From positions 21 to 64,020 of the forward strand of contig CAYRNW010000014.1 in NCBI GenBank assembly GCA_964425745.1: a stretch of DNA of 64,000 bases, read 5' to 3'. A program made the position numbers and the translations under genes. Numbering within the stretch: position 1 is the stretch's first letter; every line of letters starts with the position of its first letter. Under the pieces are notes generated by a model. It saw nothing but the letters and a program-made list of their open reading frames with translations. It was not told the origin of the DNA and did no database searches. This document shows positions 1-9,593 of the stretch, one piece after another. This stretch comes from an uncultured Eubacteriales bacterium. GTDB lineage: Bacteria; Bacillota; JAAYKD01.

Positions 1-102
1 GCCAACGAAAGCATCAGCATCTTAGAAAACTGCAAAAAGTGTGGCATCCCCATTCCCTTAAAACTCAAAGAAACCATCGACCGCTTGAAAAATACCCCTT
101 AA
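1..102 (+). CDS. 3' end of an upstream CDS (partial, hypothetical; Cys-containing C-terminus ...ENCKKCGIPIP...)
   Basis: Open frame from the window edge to TAA at 100-102, directly followed by the RBS of the next gene; no start visible. Confidence 0.3.
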   Translation, partial: ANESISILENCKKCGIPIPLKLKETIDRLKNTP

Positions 103-114
103 AGGAGATCAACC

Positions 115-690
115 ATGCTCTTACTGCAAGGCCACTTGGCCGAAAACAGCTACGACGGCTATGCCCCGCATCATCATATGATGCTACTCAATCTAACCTT
201 ACCCGAATACGAAGCCTATTACAAAAGCACCGGCAACATCTTCCCCAATGCCAGCCTAAAAGATAAGATTCTCAACCCCTGGCGCAGTGCTTTGGTAAGA
301 GAACTCTTGCAAGCAGCCCCAGGAGGCTATGACTACTTAAGCCTCACTGACCCAGAACACGCCAACCTCTATGCCTTCCCCAATCTACATGATGGCGTCG
401 ATGTCATGCCGTTCTCTTTGTTACCTCTCCCGGCATTGGGGAGTTACACATCCTCTTATGTAAACGGAAACGGCGTGCGCTCCAGCTGTTCTCTTTACAC
501 TGTAGAGAAGATCTTACCCGAGCCGTATACTCACCCGGTTGGTTACTGCTGGGTACGCTGTGGAAATCTAATCCTACCCGGAGTGCTGATTGATGGTCAA
601 AGTTACCTCTCAGTTCGCAGCATCTCAAATGTTGACCGCAGTAAACCACCTCAGTGGGACAAAACTCGGTTGACCGTTACGCTCTATTAA
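115..690 (+). CDS. hypothetical protein (191 aa)
   Basis: ATG at 115 preceded by AAAGGAG RBS with good spacing; uninterrupted ORF; no recognisable motif. Confidence 0.45.
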   Translation: MLLLQGHLAENSYDGYAPHHHMMLLNLTLPEYEAYYKSTGNIFPNASLKDKILNPWRSALVRELLQAAPGGYDYLSLTDPEHANLYAFPNLHDGVDVMPFSLLPLPALGSYTSSYVNGNGVRSSCSLYTVEKILPEPYTHPVGYCWVRCGNLILPGVLIDGQSYLSVRSISNVDRSKPPQWDKTRLTVTLY

Positions 691-704
691 CAAATAAAGA
701 AAAC

Positions 705-760
705 AAAAAGCAAGAAGTTCGCAGTTTGTTTACAACTGCTGACCTCTTGCTTTTTATTGT
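705..760. terminator. bidirectional rho-independent terminator between convergent genes
   Basis: AAGCAAGAAG...CTCTTGCTT stem with an inner GCAGTT/AACTGC stem, flanked by T-run on + (TTTTTATT) and A-run upstream (serves minus strand). Confidence 0.5.
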
Positions 761-917
761 ATACAATTGCTTACACGCTGCAACATTCTGTGCATGTAGT
801 GTAGAGTAGTGTAAAGTATGGTAATGGTAGTGTAGGGTAAAGGGATGGTAATACGTTCTCGGTATGTACAGCAGGGCAAACAAAGCCCCCTGCTCCTTAG
901 AAGCAACCAGGCACTTT

Positions 918-3900
918 CTACCCAACCACTAATTTATTCGTCTTTTTTAAAAACTTTGCTGGGATCGGTCGATCAAGTTTCCAGGTTATATTCATGGGTT
1001 TACTGCCTTCGTGTTTGACATAATTAGCAGAACCGAGGTAAGTGTAAGGTGCAGTTCCGGTTTTATCATTTTTGAATTCACGTACAAAGAGTAGAATCTT
1101 ACTCCCCATTCTTCTGTGGTTGATGTACCTTTGTCCAGTAGGAGCGGTGTCTGGAGTTGTGCTCTGACTCTGCCAATGAAATAGCTCTTCGTTTATGGAA
1201 TAATCATTGTACATCGTTGTAGGAGAATAATCTTTGTTAGACTTATTTAAGGTTATGAAAAAAACATCCAACTTCTTATCGGGTAACCATTTCACCCCTT
1301 CACGAACATTGCTTGGTGCCATGTAATCCAAGGCTAACAAGATCTGATCCCGGGTATACGAGCAATGCAAATCCAAGGGACAATCAAATCCTAAATCTAC
1401 TGATTCGTCTATAAAGTCAATATGGTCAAATTTATACTTTAGTACATCAATTAATTCAGCCAACATTACCGGACTATTAATCAAGGTGCGTTTTTCTCTT
1501 ACAATTTTGTCGCTATTCCAGTCAACAATTACCTCTCCCCAAACAGAATAATGAAACATCTGCAACATTCGTCGTTCCAACGGCGAAAGTTCAGAAAAAT
1601 CAACCTTCTCTAAGCTAGAAAGAATTCTCAACAAAAAAGTTATCCAACGTCGCGAGTCAATCGCTGCGACGCGTCTCAAAGATTTGGTTAATAGAGTCTC
1701 AGCAGGTTCGGTGAAAGAAACTTTAACTCCAGCTAACACACATAATCGAGCAAAGCTATTATTGGAATAGATTGTTCGTAGATCAAGACGGTAGAAGTTC
1801 ACAAAATTCGCCAATGTTAAAGGTAACCCGCTATCTTCCTCAAAAGTTTTGATACGACTTTGGAGCCCGCCTTTCTTCCCAAATGAGTTCTTGATATTTT
1901 CCAGAATCACTTCAGTAGCCTTTTTCTCCAACTGTATATAACATCCTTTTGGTACTGATACGAACCCATTCTTCAACTCATATTGAACGCTGTGCCTGGT
2001 ATTTGAGAGTAAAGCAGCAAACTTTTCTTCAAAATTATACTTCTTGTTCGCTTGACCAATGAAATCGAAGACAGTCAAGCATTCTTTTCCCTCAGAAAGC
2101 CGTAAGCCACGTCCCAATTGTTGGAGAAATATAGTAAGTGACTCCGTTGGACGCAAGAATAGAACCGTGTTCACTTCCGGTATGTCTACGCCTTCGTTGT
2201 AAATGTCAACAACAAAAATAACTCTTATTTCACCAAATACAAGCCGCTTTTTTGCAGTATTCCGTTCTTCATCCGGAGACTGACCTGTTAACGACATGGA
2301 TGGTATTCCACGTTTGTTAAAGTGCTCTGCCATGAAAATTGCATGCTCAATGGAAACACAAAAGCCGAGTGCTTTTAATTCTCCAATATCGGTAACATAT
2401 TTCTCGAGGGACTGTATGATGTGATCTGCCCGGCGTTCTGCAACGGCACGATTGAAGGAGTACAGATTGCTTAACTGACTCTTATCGTAACTTCCTCTTG
2501 TCCAACGAAGTTCACTCAGATCAATTGTGTCTGAGACACCAAAATATTGAAATGGGGCGAGCAATTTTCTGTCTATAGCTCCTGGTAACCGGATTTCTGC
2601 AGCAATACGGTCGTCGAAAAAATCAAGTATACTTTTTCCATCCATTCGTTCTGGGGTGGCTGTCAGTCCAAGAAGAATCTTCGGTTTAAAATGGTTGAGC
2701 AATTTCATATAAGTGGGAGCCGCAGCATGGTGGAACTCATCCACTATGATGTAATCATAAAAGTCCTCAGGTAACTTTTCATAAAATGCCTGAGAGTTGA
2801 TTGTTTGTATCGAAACAAAAAGATGATCAAGACTCCCCGGGTTAAATCTACCTACGAATAGCTCTCCAAAATTGGGGTCTTTCAAAACGCCTTTAAAAGT
2901 ATCTATGCTTTGTTTCAATATTTCCTCTCGATGCGCGACAAAAAGCAGTCGATTCAGCGTACCACTGTTTTCCTTGCAGAAGCGACGATAATCAAAAGCA
3001 GATATCACGGTTTTTCCAGTACCAGTGGCTGAAACAACCAGGTTTCTGTATAAACCACGCACGATTCGCTCGGCATTGAGATTATCCAGTATTTCCTGTT
3101 GGAAGGGATACGGATGAATATCCAAAAAGAACACCCGTGATCCATCGTACCCCAAATTCTTTTCTGCTTTCAAGGCAAGAATCAGCCGTTCGTGCTCACT
3201 CTCTTTGTAGAATTCGAATTCGCTTGAGTTCCAGTAACTTTCGAAGGTTGCTGTTATCTTTTGAATCGTACTAGATAAATCCTTAGCTGTAACCTTAACA
3301 TTCCACTCTAAACCACTCGAAATTGCGACATTGGATAGGTTTGATGAACCAACATAGGCAGTTGTAAAACCTGTGTCTCGATAAAAAACATAGGTCTTAG
3401 CATGGAGACGCGTGCGCTTTGTATCATAACTTATCTTTACTTCAGTGTTGGATAACTTGGCCAGTTCCTCTATCGACTTGATGTCTGTAGCTCCCATATA
3501 AGAGGTCGTAATAATTCTTAAGCGACCCCCGTTTTGTGTAAACTCTCGCAATTCATCTATAATGAGACGAAGACCGCTCCACTTGATGAAAGAAACCAGT
3601 AAATCAATTTGATCGGATGAAGAAATTTCCTTTTTTAATTCCGAAAACAACTGAGGTTCATGAATTGCCCCGGTAAAAAGACTACTCTGTGCGACGGATG
3701 TTTCCGGGCGGTTCATATCAGAAGCTGTTTTTCCTAGTAGTAAGCGAGGGTCGTTTTCTCGCAATAAAGCAAGAAGCAATTTTGCTCGCTGATCTATGCT
3801 CAGCGAGTCAACGTCTGCTTCTTTTGTTATATTCCGTATAAGATCGATGATTTGATTCACAAGGCTGATTTGGGAAGAAATATCACCGCCATTGTCCAGT

Positions 3901-4067
3901 ACTCGATCCAATCCTTTATGTAAAATTTCTGACAGATAATTTGCTAAAATCTTGGAGGATTCCGCTTTATCAATTGGTCCAAAAAACTTACGAGCATCAA
4001 GAAGACTTGAAAGCTCGCTATTGATTTGTTTATTGATAACTTGTTCGTATATGCCGGGTTTTAACAT
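918..4067 (-). CDS. PLD-family (HKD) nuclease / SF2 DEAH helicase / DUF3427-like fusion protein, 1049 aa; candidate restriction/defence-related helicase-nuclease
   Basis: GAAGGAGG RBS; HKD motif (RLHAKTYVF); Walker A (ATGTGKT); DEAH box (DEFHH); helicase motif VI (QQLGRGLR); conserved C-terminal ~250 aa resembling DUF3427. Own promoter TTGGCA-N17-TAAAAT upstream at about 4110-4140. Confidence 0.8.
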   Translation of the reverse strand: MLKPGIYEQVINKQINSELSSLLDARKFFGPIDKAESSKILANYLSEILHKGLDRVLDNGGDISSQISLVNQIIDLIRNITKEADVDSLSIDQRAKLLLALLRENDPRLLLGKTASDMNRPETSVAQSSLFTGAIHEPQLFSELKKEISSSDQIDLLVSFIKWSGLRLIIDELREFTQNGGRLRIITTSYMGATDIKSIEELAKLSNTEVKISYDTKRTRLHAKTYVFYRDTGFTTAYVGSSNLSNVAISSGLEWNVKVTAKDLSSTIQKITATFESYWNSSEFEFYKESEHERLILALKAEKNLGYDGSRVFFLDIHPYPFQQEILDNLNAERIVRGLYRNLVVSATGTGKTVISAFDYRRFCKENSGTLNRLLFVAHREEILKQSIDTFKGVLKDPNFGELFVGRFNPGSLDHLFVSIQTINSQAFYEKLPEDFYDYIIVDEFHHAAAPTYMKLLNHFKPKILLGLTATPERMDGKSILDFFDDRIAAEIRLPGAIDRKLLAPFQYFGVSDTIDLSELRWTRGSYDKSQLSNLYSFNRAVAERRADHIIQSLEKYVTDIGELKALGFCVSIEHAIFMAEHFNKRGIPSMSLTGQSPDEERNTAKKRLVFGEIRVIFVVDIYNEGVDIPEVNTVLFLRPTESLTIFLQQLGRGLRLSEGKECLTVFDFIGQANKKYNFEEKFAALLSNTRHSVQYELKNGFVSVPKGCYIQLEKKATEVILENIKNSFGKKGGLQSRIKTFEEDSGLPLTLANFVNFYRLDLRTIYSNNSFARLCVLAGVKVSFTEPAETLLTKSLRRVAAIDSRRWITFLLRILSSLEKVDFSELSPLERRMLQMFHYSVWGEVIVDWNSDKIVREKRTLINSPVMLAELIDVLKYKFDHIDFIDESVDLGFDCPLDLHCSYTRDQILLALDYMAPSNVREGVKWLPDKKLDVFFITLNKSNKDYSPTTMYNDYSINEELFHWQSQSTTPDTAPTGQRYINHRRMGSKILLFVREFKNDKTGTAPYTYLGSANYVKHEGSKPMNITWKLDRPIPAKFLKKTNKLVVG

Positions 4068-4218
4068 ATTCCGCCTCCTTCAAAATTTTAACTTTTGGTT
4101 TATAGTTTTGCCAAGAATAGGTCATAGTTAAGTGTAGCAAAACATTAAATTTCTTTTCTTTCATTCAACAAATGAAAAAACAAACCCTTTTATTATTTCG
4201 AAATCGGTTACCTAAAAT

Positions 4219-4229
4219 CCCCCCCCCCC
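4219..4229. repeat. homopolymeric C11 (G11 on minus strand) tract
   Basis: Eleven consecutive C read directly; lies between the hsp20 terminator and the helicase promoter. Confidence 0.9.
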
Positions 4230-4235
4230 AACATA

Positions 4236-4265
4236 AAACCCCCTCGAGCATTACGCTCGAGGGAG
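4236..4265 (-). terminator. rho-independent terminator of the hsp20 gene
   Basis: CCCTCGAGC-n6-GCTCGAGGG perfect stem; on minus strand followed by GGUUUUAUGUU. Confidence 0.6.
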
Positions 4266-4292
4266 TTCGTTACCGTTTTCTTCTACGACTCG

Positions 4293-4745
4293 TTATTCAA
4301 TTTCAATTTTACGGTTGGTTGTGGTTTGGGTTTCTTTGGGCACGGTAATGCAGAGCACGCCTTCTTCAAGTTTGGCTTTGATTTCGCCGGTGTTGACGTT
4401 GGCTAAGCGGATGCTGCGGCTCATAGAACCATAGCGGCGTTCGCGGTGAATAAAGTTCTTTCCGTCTTTGTTCACTTCTTCGTTGCGGCGGACTGTAATG
4501 CAGAGGTTGTCGTGTTCGACACCCAATTCAATTTCCTCTTTTTTGACGCCCGGCAACTCGGCTTCAATGCGGTACTCGGAATCGGTCTCTTCAATATCAA
4601 TTTTGAAGGTGTCTTTCATTAAGCTGCGGCCTGACAACATGTTATCGCTGAAAAAGTCGTCAAGCATGTTGTAAAAATCATCAAAACTTGAACCTGTGCG
4701 TGCGAGACCGGTGTTCCTTCTGTTAAATGGAATCAGTCCTGACAT
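4293..4745 (-). CDS. Hsp20/alpha-crystallin family small heat-shock protein
   Basis: Alpha-crystallin domain signature (GVLCITVPK, AELPGVKKEEIEL); ATG at 4745 with AAAGGAG RBS (track ORF begins at upstream TTG 4754). Confidence 0.85.
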   Translation of the reverse strand: MSGLIPFNRRNTGLARTGSSFDDFYNMLDDFFSDNMLSGRSLMKDTFKIDIEETDSEYRIEAELPGVKKEEIELGVEHDNLCITVRRNEEVNKDGKNFIHRERRYGSMSRSIRLANVNTGEIKAKLEEGVLCITVPKETQTTTNRKIEIE

Positions 4746-4852
4746 GATCAACAACTCCTTTGTAAAATATTTTTGTTAGCACTCTCTCTTGATGAGTGCT
4801 AATTATTTTATACCACCAGAGTCCTCTTTTGTCAAGATTGTTCACAAAATGT

Positions 4853-7531
4853 TTAAATTTTCAGTGCAATCAACGCCTCTACAATACTCGCATCCCACTT
4901 ACTTCCGGCACCGTGCTTCAGTTCGTCTAAGGCATCTGCACTGCTGAGAGCCGCTCGGTAGGGGCGGTCCACCGTCATGGCAGCGTAGGCATCGGCCACG
5001 GCAATGATTTTAGAAGCCAAGGGAATCTCGTTTGCTTTGAGTTGGTTCGGGTAGCCCTTGCCGGCTGGTTGTTCATGGTGTGCCAAGACCCATTCGGCTA
5101 TTTGGTGAAACTCCACCGCATTGCTCAGGATTTTAGCGCCTTTTGCGCTGTGTAGCTTCATAATCTCCCATTCACTGGGCGTTAGTTTATTTGGCTTGTT
5201 GAGAATGCTCTCATCAATGCTGATTTTTCCAATATCGTGCAAATAACCGGCGTAGCGAATTTTTTCAACCATTTCCGGCTCCACGCCTAAGGCTATTGCC
5301 AATTCTTCACTGAGCTGACCCACTTGTTCGGCGTGTAGCTTCTCATAGGCAGATTTGGCAAAGAGCGTTTCCATAATTGCCTGTATGGCACCGGTTCTAA
5401 AACTGCGGCTTTTGTAGTATTTTCGGTTATACATAAAGGCTTCCGACTCTTTCAAAAGCCAGTTCAAGGTTTGGTCTTGATTGTGCTGAATGCTGTAGCC
5501 CAGGGAGATGCTCAGGCTGCGCAGTTCATTCTTGGGGTCCTCCTGGTGAAAGATTTGTTCCAATTCACGGACCAGTTGCTTTAGTTCGGCTTCACTGGTC
5601 TGGGGCACCAAAATGGCAAATTCGTCGCCGCCGATTCGAGCCAAATGATGTTCCGGTTTCAAGGTGGCTTGCAGGGTTTGCACCAAGGTGCGAATGGCCT
5701 CGTCTCCTTGGTGATGACCAAAGGCATCGTTAAACAATTTTAAGCCGTTAATGTCGCCCATGATTACACCGAGGGGGAATTGCTGCCCGCTTTCGGCCAA
5801 TAAGCCAAAGGTTTCTTCAAAGAAGCGGCGGTTATAAAGCCCGGTCATGTGGTCGTGGTATGCCAAATATTGAATTTGCTCTGTGGCTTTGATTTGCTCG
5901 GTGACATCAAAAAGGATAGTGAACAGCCGCGTCTCGCCACCAAAGGGGACCGGGCAACTGAAGAGGTCTACATTGCGGATTTCGCCATTTTTGAGTTTAT
6001 GTTGAGTGGTGAAACGTCTGCGTTTGCTTTCTAAAGCACTAACCCGCAAGCGCTCCGAAACCACTTTACCTTCGGCGTTGATTTCATACATGTATTTTTC
6101 TAGCATTTCTTTTCGGCTGTAGCCATAGAATTTTAAAGCTGCTGGGTTGACATCGAGCACTTTGCCTGTAGAAGCTTCCAATAAGAACATGACGGCTTCA
6201 TGGTTGTTGAACATCGCTTCCATGCGTTCTAAAAGGCGAGCCGTGCGGCGCTCTTGCATACGCCGGTTGACCGCCATCCAGACTCCGTTCATTAGGGAGG
6301 TGATTGCGGCCACGTCGTGTTCACTGTAGCCATTTTTTTTATTGGAGAAGCCCACTAAGGCCACGATTTTATCCCCTTCAAACATGGGTAAGGTCATCAA
6401 GCTTTTTACAGGACGATGTTCAAACGGTAAGTGGTGCTCTTTTTCTGCAAAAAACGGCTGCTCTAACACCAACGTTTTTCGTTGACGGACGGATTCTCCC
6501 CAGAAACCGGCTTGGTCTAAGCTGAAGTAATTTTCACTACCGTCTTTGATGCGGAAGATTGCGTCATGCGAATAATGCGCAAAGAGTTCAAACTGGGTGC
6601 TCTTTTCCTCGTATAAAAGAATAATTCCACATTCACTTTCGGTTAGCTTTAAGGCTTCCGATAACGCATAATCCACCTGTGCCCGTGTGTTCGAAAAGGA
6701 GCGGGTCATGCATTCCGTAATAATGCGGTTGCTTTCTGCCATCTTTTTCAACAATTCCCGCTGATGTGCAGCTTCCGTGATGTCTCGAATAAAGCCGCCC
6801 ACGCCAATTTTGCCATTTCCCAGTGGAACCGGAAATTTGCGGTTTTCATAAATACGGTTGCCGTTTTGCTCTTCGCGAATGACAACCTTTTGATTATGCA
6901 CAACTTCCTTATCGGACTGGAGGCGTGCTTCTGCTTCTTCTGCTCCCATAAAATCGTGGGCTTGCTTCAAGATAAACTCTTCTTTGCTGACCCCGCGTGC
7001 CTTGGCAGCGGTTTCGTTGACGATGACATATCGGAATTTCTCGTCTTTCAAAAAAATCTTATCATCGCTGGCGTCTATAAAGGTTGCAAAGGTTTGCTTC
7101 ATTTGCTCGGCTTCTTGCTCGTGTTCTACCTGCTTGGTTAGGTCTACAATCGTGGTTAAATTGTGCGAGGTTTGGGTTTCGGGGTTAGTATATAACGAAA
7201 CATAGGCTTCTGCCCAAAAGACTGAACCGTCTTTACGCAAATAGCGTTTGACAATACGCCCTGCATCGGTTTTCCCCATGACCATATCTTGAATCAGCTG
7301 CTGTGATTTTTCCACATCTTCGGGGTAGGTGAGGTCACTCCACTTTAGACTCGACAATTCCTCGGCTGTGTAGCCGAACATGTCACACATAGCCTGGTTT
7401 GGCAGCAGATCCCCCGAAGATAGGGTGAAGGCTTGCCCAATAATGGAATTGTGGAAAAAACTCTGCACTAAGCTACCGTGAAAATCGGGGTTTTCACGGA
7501 TTTTTCTTTCAAAAAAGTCTTTCCCGAGCAT
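4853..7531 (-). CDS. PAS/GAF sensor protein with GGDEF diguanylate cyclase and HD-GYP phosphodiesterase domains (892 aa)
   Basis: RIGGDEFAIL (GGDEF), LHDIGKISI (HD) and GKGYPN (GYP) motifs; GAGGAGG RBS. Confidence 0.85.
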   Translation of the reverse strand: MLGKDFFERKIRENPDFHGSLVQSFFHNSIIGQAFTLSSGDLLPNQAMCDMFGYTAEELSSLKWSDLTYPEDVEKSQQLIQDMVMGKTDAGRIVKRYLRKDGSVFWAEAYVSLYTNPETQTSHNLTTIVDLTKQVEHEQEAEQMKQTFATFIDASDDKIFLKDEKFRYVIVNETAAKARGVSKEEFILKQAHDFMGAEEAEARLQSDKEVVHNQKVVIREEQNGNRIYENRKFPVPLGNGKIGVGGFIRDITEAAHQRELLKKMAESNRIITECMTRSFSNTRAQVDYALSEALKLTESECGIILLYEEKSTQFELFAHYSHDAIFRIKDGSENYFSLDQAGFWGESVRQRKTLVLEQPFFAEKEHHLPFEHRPVKSLMTLPMFEGDKIVALVGFSNKKNGYSEHDVAAITSLMNGVWMAVNRRMQERRTARLLERMEAMFNNHEAVMFLLEASTGKVLDVNPAALKFYGYSRKEMLEKYMYEINAEGKVVSERLRVSALESKRRRFTTQHKLKNGEIRNVDLFSCPVPFGGETRLFTILFDVTEQIKATEQIQYLAYHDHMTGLYNRRFFEETFGLLAESGQQFPLGVIMGDINGLKLFNDAFGHHQGDEAIRTLVQTLQATLKPEHHLARIGGDEFAILVPQTSEAELKQLVRELEQIFHQEDPKNELRSLSISLGYSIQHNQDQTLNWLLKESEAFMYNRKYYKSRSFRTGAIQAIMETLFAKSAYEKLHAEQVGQLSEELAIALGVEPEMVEKIRYAGYLHDIGKISIDESILNKPNKLTPSEWEIMKLHSAKGAKILSNAVEFHQIAEWVLAHHEQPAGKGYPNQLKANEIPLASKIIAVADAYAAMTVDRPYRAALSSADALDELKHGAGSKWDASIVEALIALKI

Positions 7532-7654
7532 AGTTTCGGCCTCCTCAAGGTAAAACAGCCGGTCTCCGTTACGCGGTCTGTTACATTTATAAACTAGTAA
7601 TTTCGTTCTGAAACCCCATAATTCCTTTATTTGGTAAAGAAACGTCCGGAATAT

Positions 7655-7690
7655 TCGCTAAAAAAAAGCTCCCTTCAAAAGGAGCTTTTT
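7655..7690. terminator. bidirectional hairpin terminator
   Basis: AAAAAAAAGCTCCCTTCAAAAGGAGCTTTTT: perfect stem flanked by A-run and T-run. Confidence 0.5.
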
Positions 7691-8502
7691 AGATTCAGTT
7701 TTAAGTCCTTAGTCTCGGGCTCAATTTCTATGTATAGCAGCGCCATTTCGTCCTCGGTCATGCTGTAATACCAAGGGCTGTAGTCTACCGTTACTCCTTG
7801 GAGCCCCAGCATTTGGCTGACGCGGTCGGTGAAAAACAAAAGGCCTTCTGCATCTTCAAACTTGAGGTCTTCTACGATAAAGCGGTAGCGGCCGTCTTTT
7901 TTGACATATTCTTGAGCCTCGTCACAAAAGCGGTTGTTGATTTGGGAACAGCGCTGTTTCACCAAGGCGAGACTGGTTTCATCGGTTTGTTTAAGTGTAT
8001 CGATGCTCACCTGTAATGCGGTACCATGCGAGTAGACCGGAAACACGCGGATTTCTTGCGGCTGGACCGGGGTCTCCGGCACTTCCCCGCAGAAAACCCT
8101 TTCCTCAGTTTTAGAGCAACAAAACAAGCTCGGTTGTGGCTCTCCTTCACAGAAAGCCAAAGCTTGAAAGAGGATGTCTTCTGCATCTGCCGGGTTCAGC
8201 AACGCATAAAATGGAGCAAAGGTCGCTGTTTGTTTGGCAAGGGTAAGGTCTAGCCACAGAGAGCCCACCGGATTCTCAAGAACAAAGCTTTTCATCTGTG
8301 CGAGCTGAGAGGCCTCGGCTTGTTCTACCACCAAAACATCGGCCTCGTTGGTCGCCTCAAGGTAGAACTCTGCTTCCAGAGGCGCGCCTTTGATAAGCAA
8401 AACTTGCTCAAGTTGTTCCAAAAAGCACCCCAGTAGCTCCTTCGCACGAGGGGTATCGCGAAGCACGCTCAAACGAGCGGTGATCTCAAACGTCGCTGCC
8501 AT
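7675..8502 (-). CDS. hypothetical protein (275 aa)
   Basis: Long ORF, 3 nt from the downstream gene (operon-like); no recognisable motif. Confidence 0.5.
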   Translation of the reverse strand: MAATFEITARLSVLRDTPRAKELLGCFLEQLEQVLLIKGAPLEAEFYLEATNEADVLVVEQAEASQLAQMKSFVLENPVGSLWLDLTLAKQTATFAPFYALLNPADAEDILFQALAFCEGEPQPSLFCCSKTEERVFCGEVPETPVQPQEIRVFPVYSHGTALQVSIDTLKQTDETSLALVKQRCSQINNRFCDEAQEYVKKDGRYRFIVEDLKFEDAEGLLFFTDRVSQMLGLQGVTVDYSPWYYSMTEDEMALLYIEIEPETKDLKLNLKSSF

Positions 8503-8505
8503 CGT

Positions 8506-9519
8506 CTAACCCAAATACGCTTTGAGCAACAACCAGGTGTTGACCAAGGCATCTATATGCGTGCGTTCGTAGCCGTGGGTGGCTAAGACCCCGGGGCCAA
8601 TACAGCTGTGTTTGACATCGTAGCCGGCGGTAATGGTAATGTCGCTGTCGGAACCATAGCCGGGTAAATACATGTCTAGAGCGTAAGCAACGCCGTTTTG
8701 TTCAGCTGCGTTTTTGAGCGCGGTTACGGTTTCGTAATTATAGGGGAATCGCGCATCTTTGACGGCGATGGAGACCTTCTTTTCACTAGAATATTGGGTG
8801 GGACCCACCGGTCCAATGTCTAAGGCCATGGCTTCTGTTACATCGGCCGGAATCGCATGGGCGCCGCCATGATTGATTTCTTCAAACATGGTGAAATTGG
8901 CCCAGACTTTTCGTGAAAGTGCCACCTTCTCTTCTTTGACATATTTCATATAGGTGAGCAAAATGGCGACTAAGGTTTTATCATCTAAGAAACGGCTTTT
9001 AATGTAGCCCGATTCGGTAAAGGTGAGGCGGGGTTCTAGGGAAACCGAATCTCCGCAAGCAATTCCCAAAGCAAAGACGTCTGCTGCGGTATGCACATCT
9101 TCATCTAAGAAGACCACCACATTTTTATCGTAATCGGCCAGTGCAGTATGCACATCTACGGCGGTGGTGTGTTGACTGGGGCTATCCTTTTGAATCACAC
9201 CGGTATAAATTTTGCCGCAACGCGTGCGAATGCGAACGTTTTCGGTGAGCCCGGAGTAAGCCCGTAAGCCCCCCACATTCGCAACCACCAGATTCCCATT
9301 GGGACGAATGTATTTGACCATTAAACCGATGGTATCGGCATGCGCCATGACACAAACCCCGTTGCCCTCGCCGCCTAAATCGGCTAAGACACCGCCTTTT
9401 ACGGTGTGTTTGGGTTCAAATCCAAGGTTTCGAATCTCTTGGTCCAAATAAGCTTCAATCTCATGGGTAAATCCTGCAATACTGTCAATGGCCATTAGTC
9501 GCTTCAATTGCTCTACCAT
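8506..9519 (-). CDS. M42 family aminopeptidase (FrvX / glutamyl aminopeptidase-like)
   Basis: M42 peptidase-like sequence (metal-binding His/Asp/Glu blocks, GYGSDSD region); likely start MVEQLK at 9519 (track ORF extends to 9642, overlapping the upstream gene). Confidence 0.7.
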   Translation of the reverse strand: MVEQLKRLMAIDSIAGFTHEIEAYLDQEIRNLGFEPKHTVKGGVLADLGGEGNGVCVMAHADTIGLMVKYIRPNGNLVVANVGGLRAYSGLTENVRIRTRCGKIYTGVIQKDSPSQHTTAVDVHTALADYDKNVVVFLDEDVHTAADVFALGIACGDSVSLEPRLTFTESGYIKSRFLDDKTLVAILLTYMKYVKEEKVALSRKVWANFTMFEEINHGGAHAIPADVTEAMALDIGPVGPTQYSSEKKVSIAVKDARFPYNYETVTALKNAAEQNGVAYALDMYLPGYGSDSDITITAGYDVKHSCIGPGVLATHGYERTHIDALVNTWLLLKAYLG

Positions 9520-9593
9520 ATAGAGCTTATACGGTTCTTTCAAGGGTTCCACTCTCTCTTTCGTTATTTTCTCTTTCGTTATTCGCTTGTTCT

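Noticed and set aside
677-925. 82-aa minus-strand ORF rich in HYHYH/TLH repeats
   Set aside because: It is the translation of the GT-rich low-complexity tract spanning a terminator; no RBS, convergent intergenic location; treated as an artefact.
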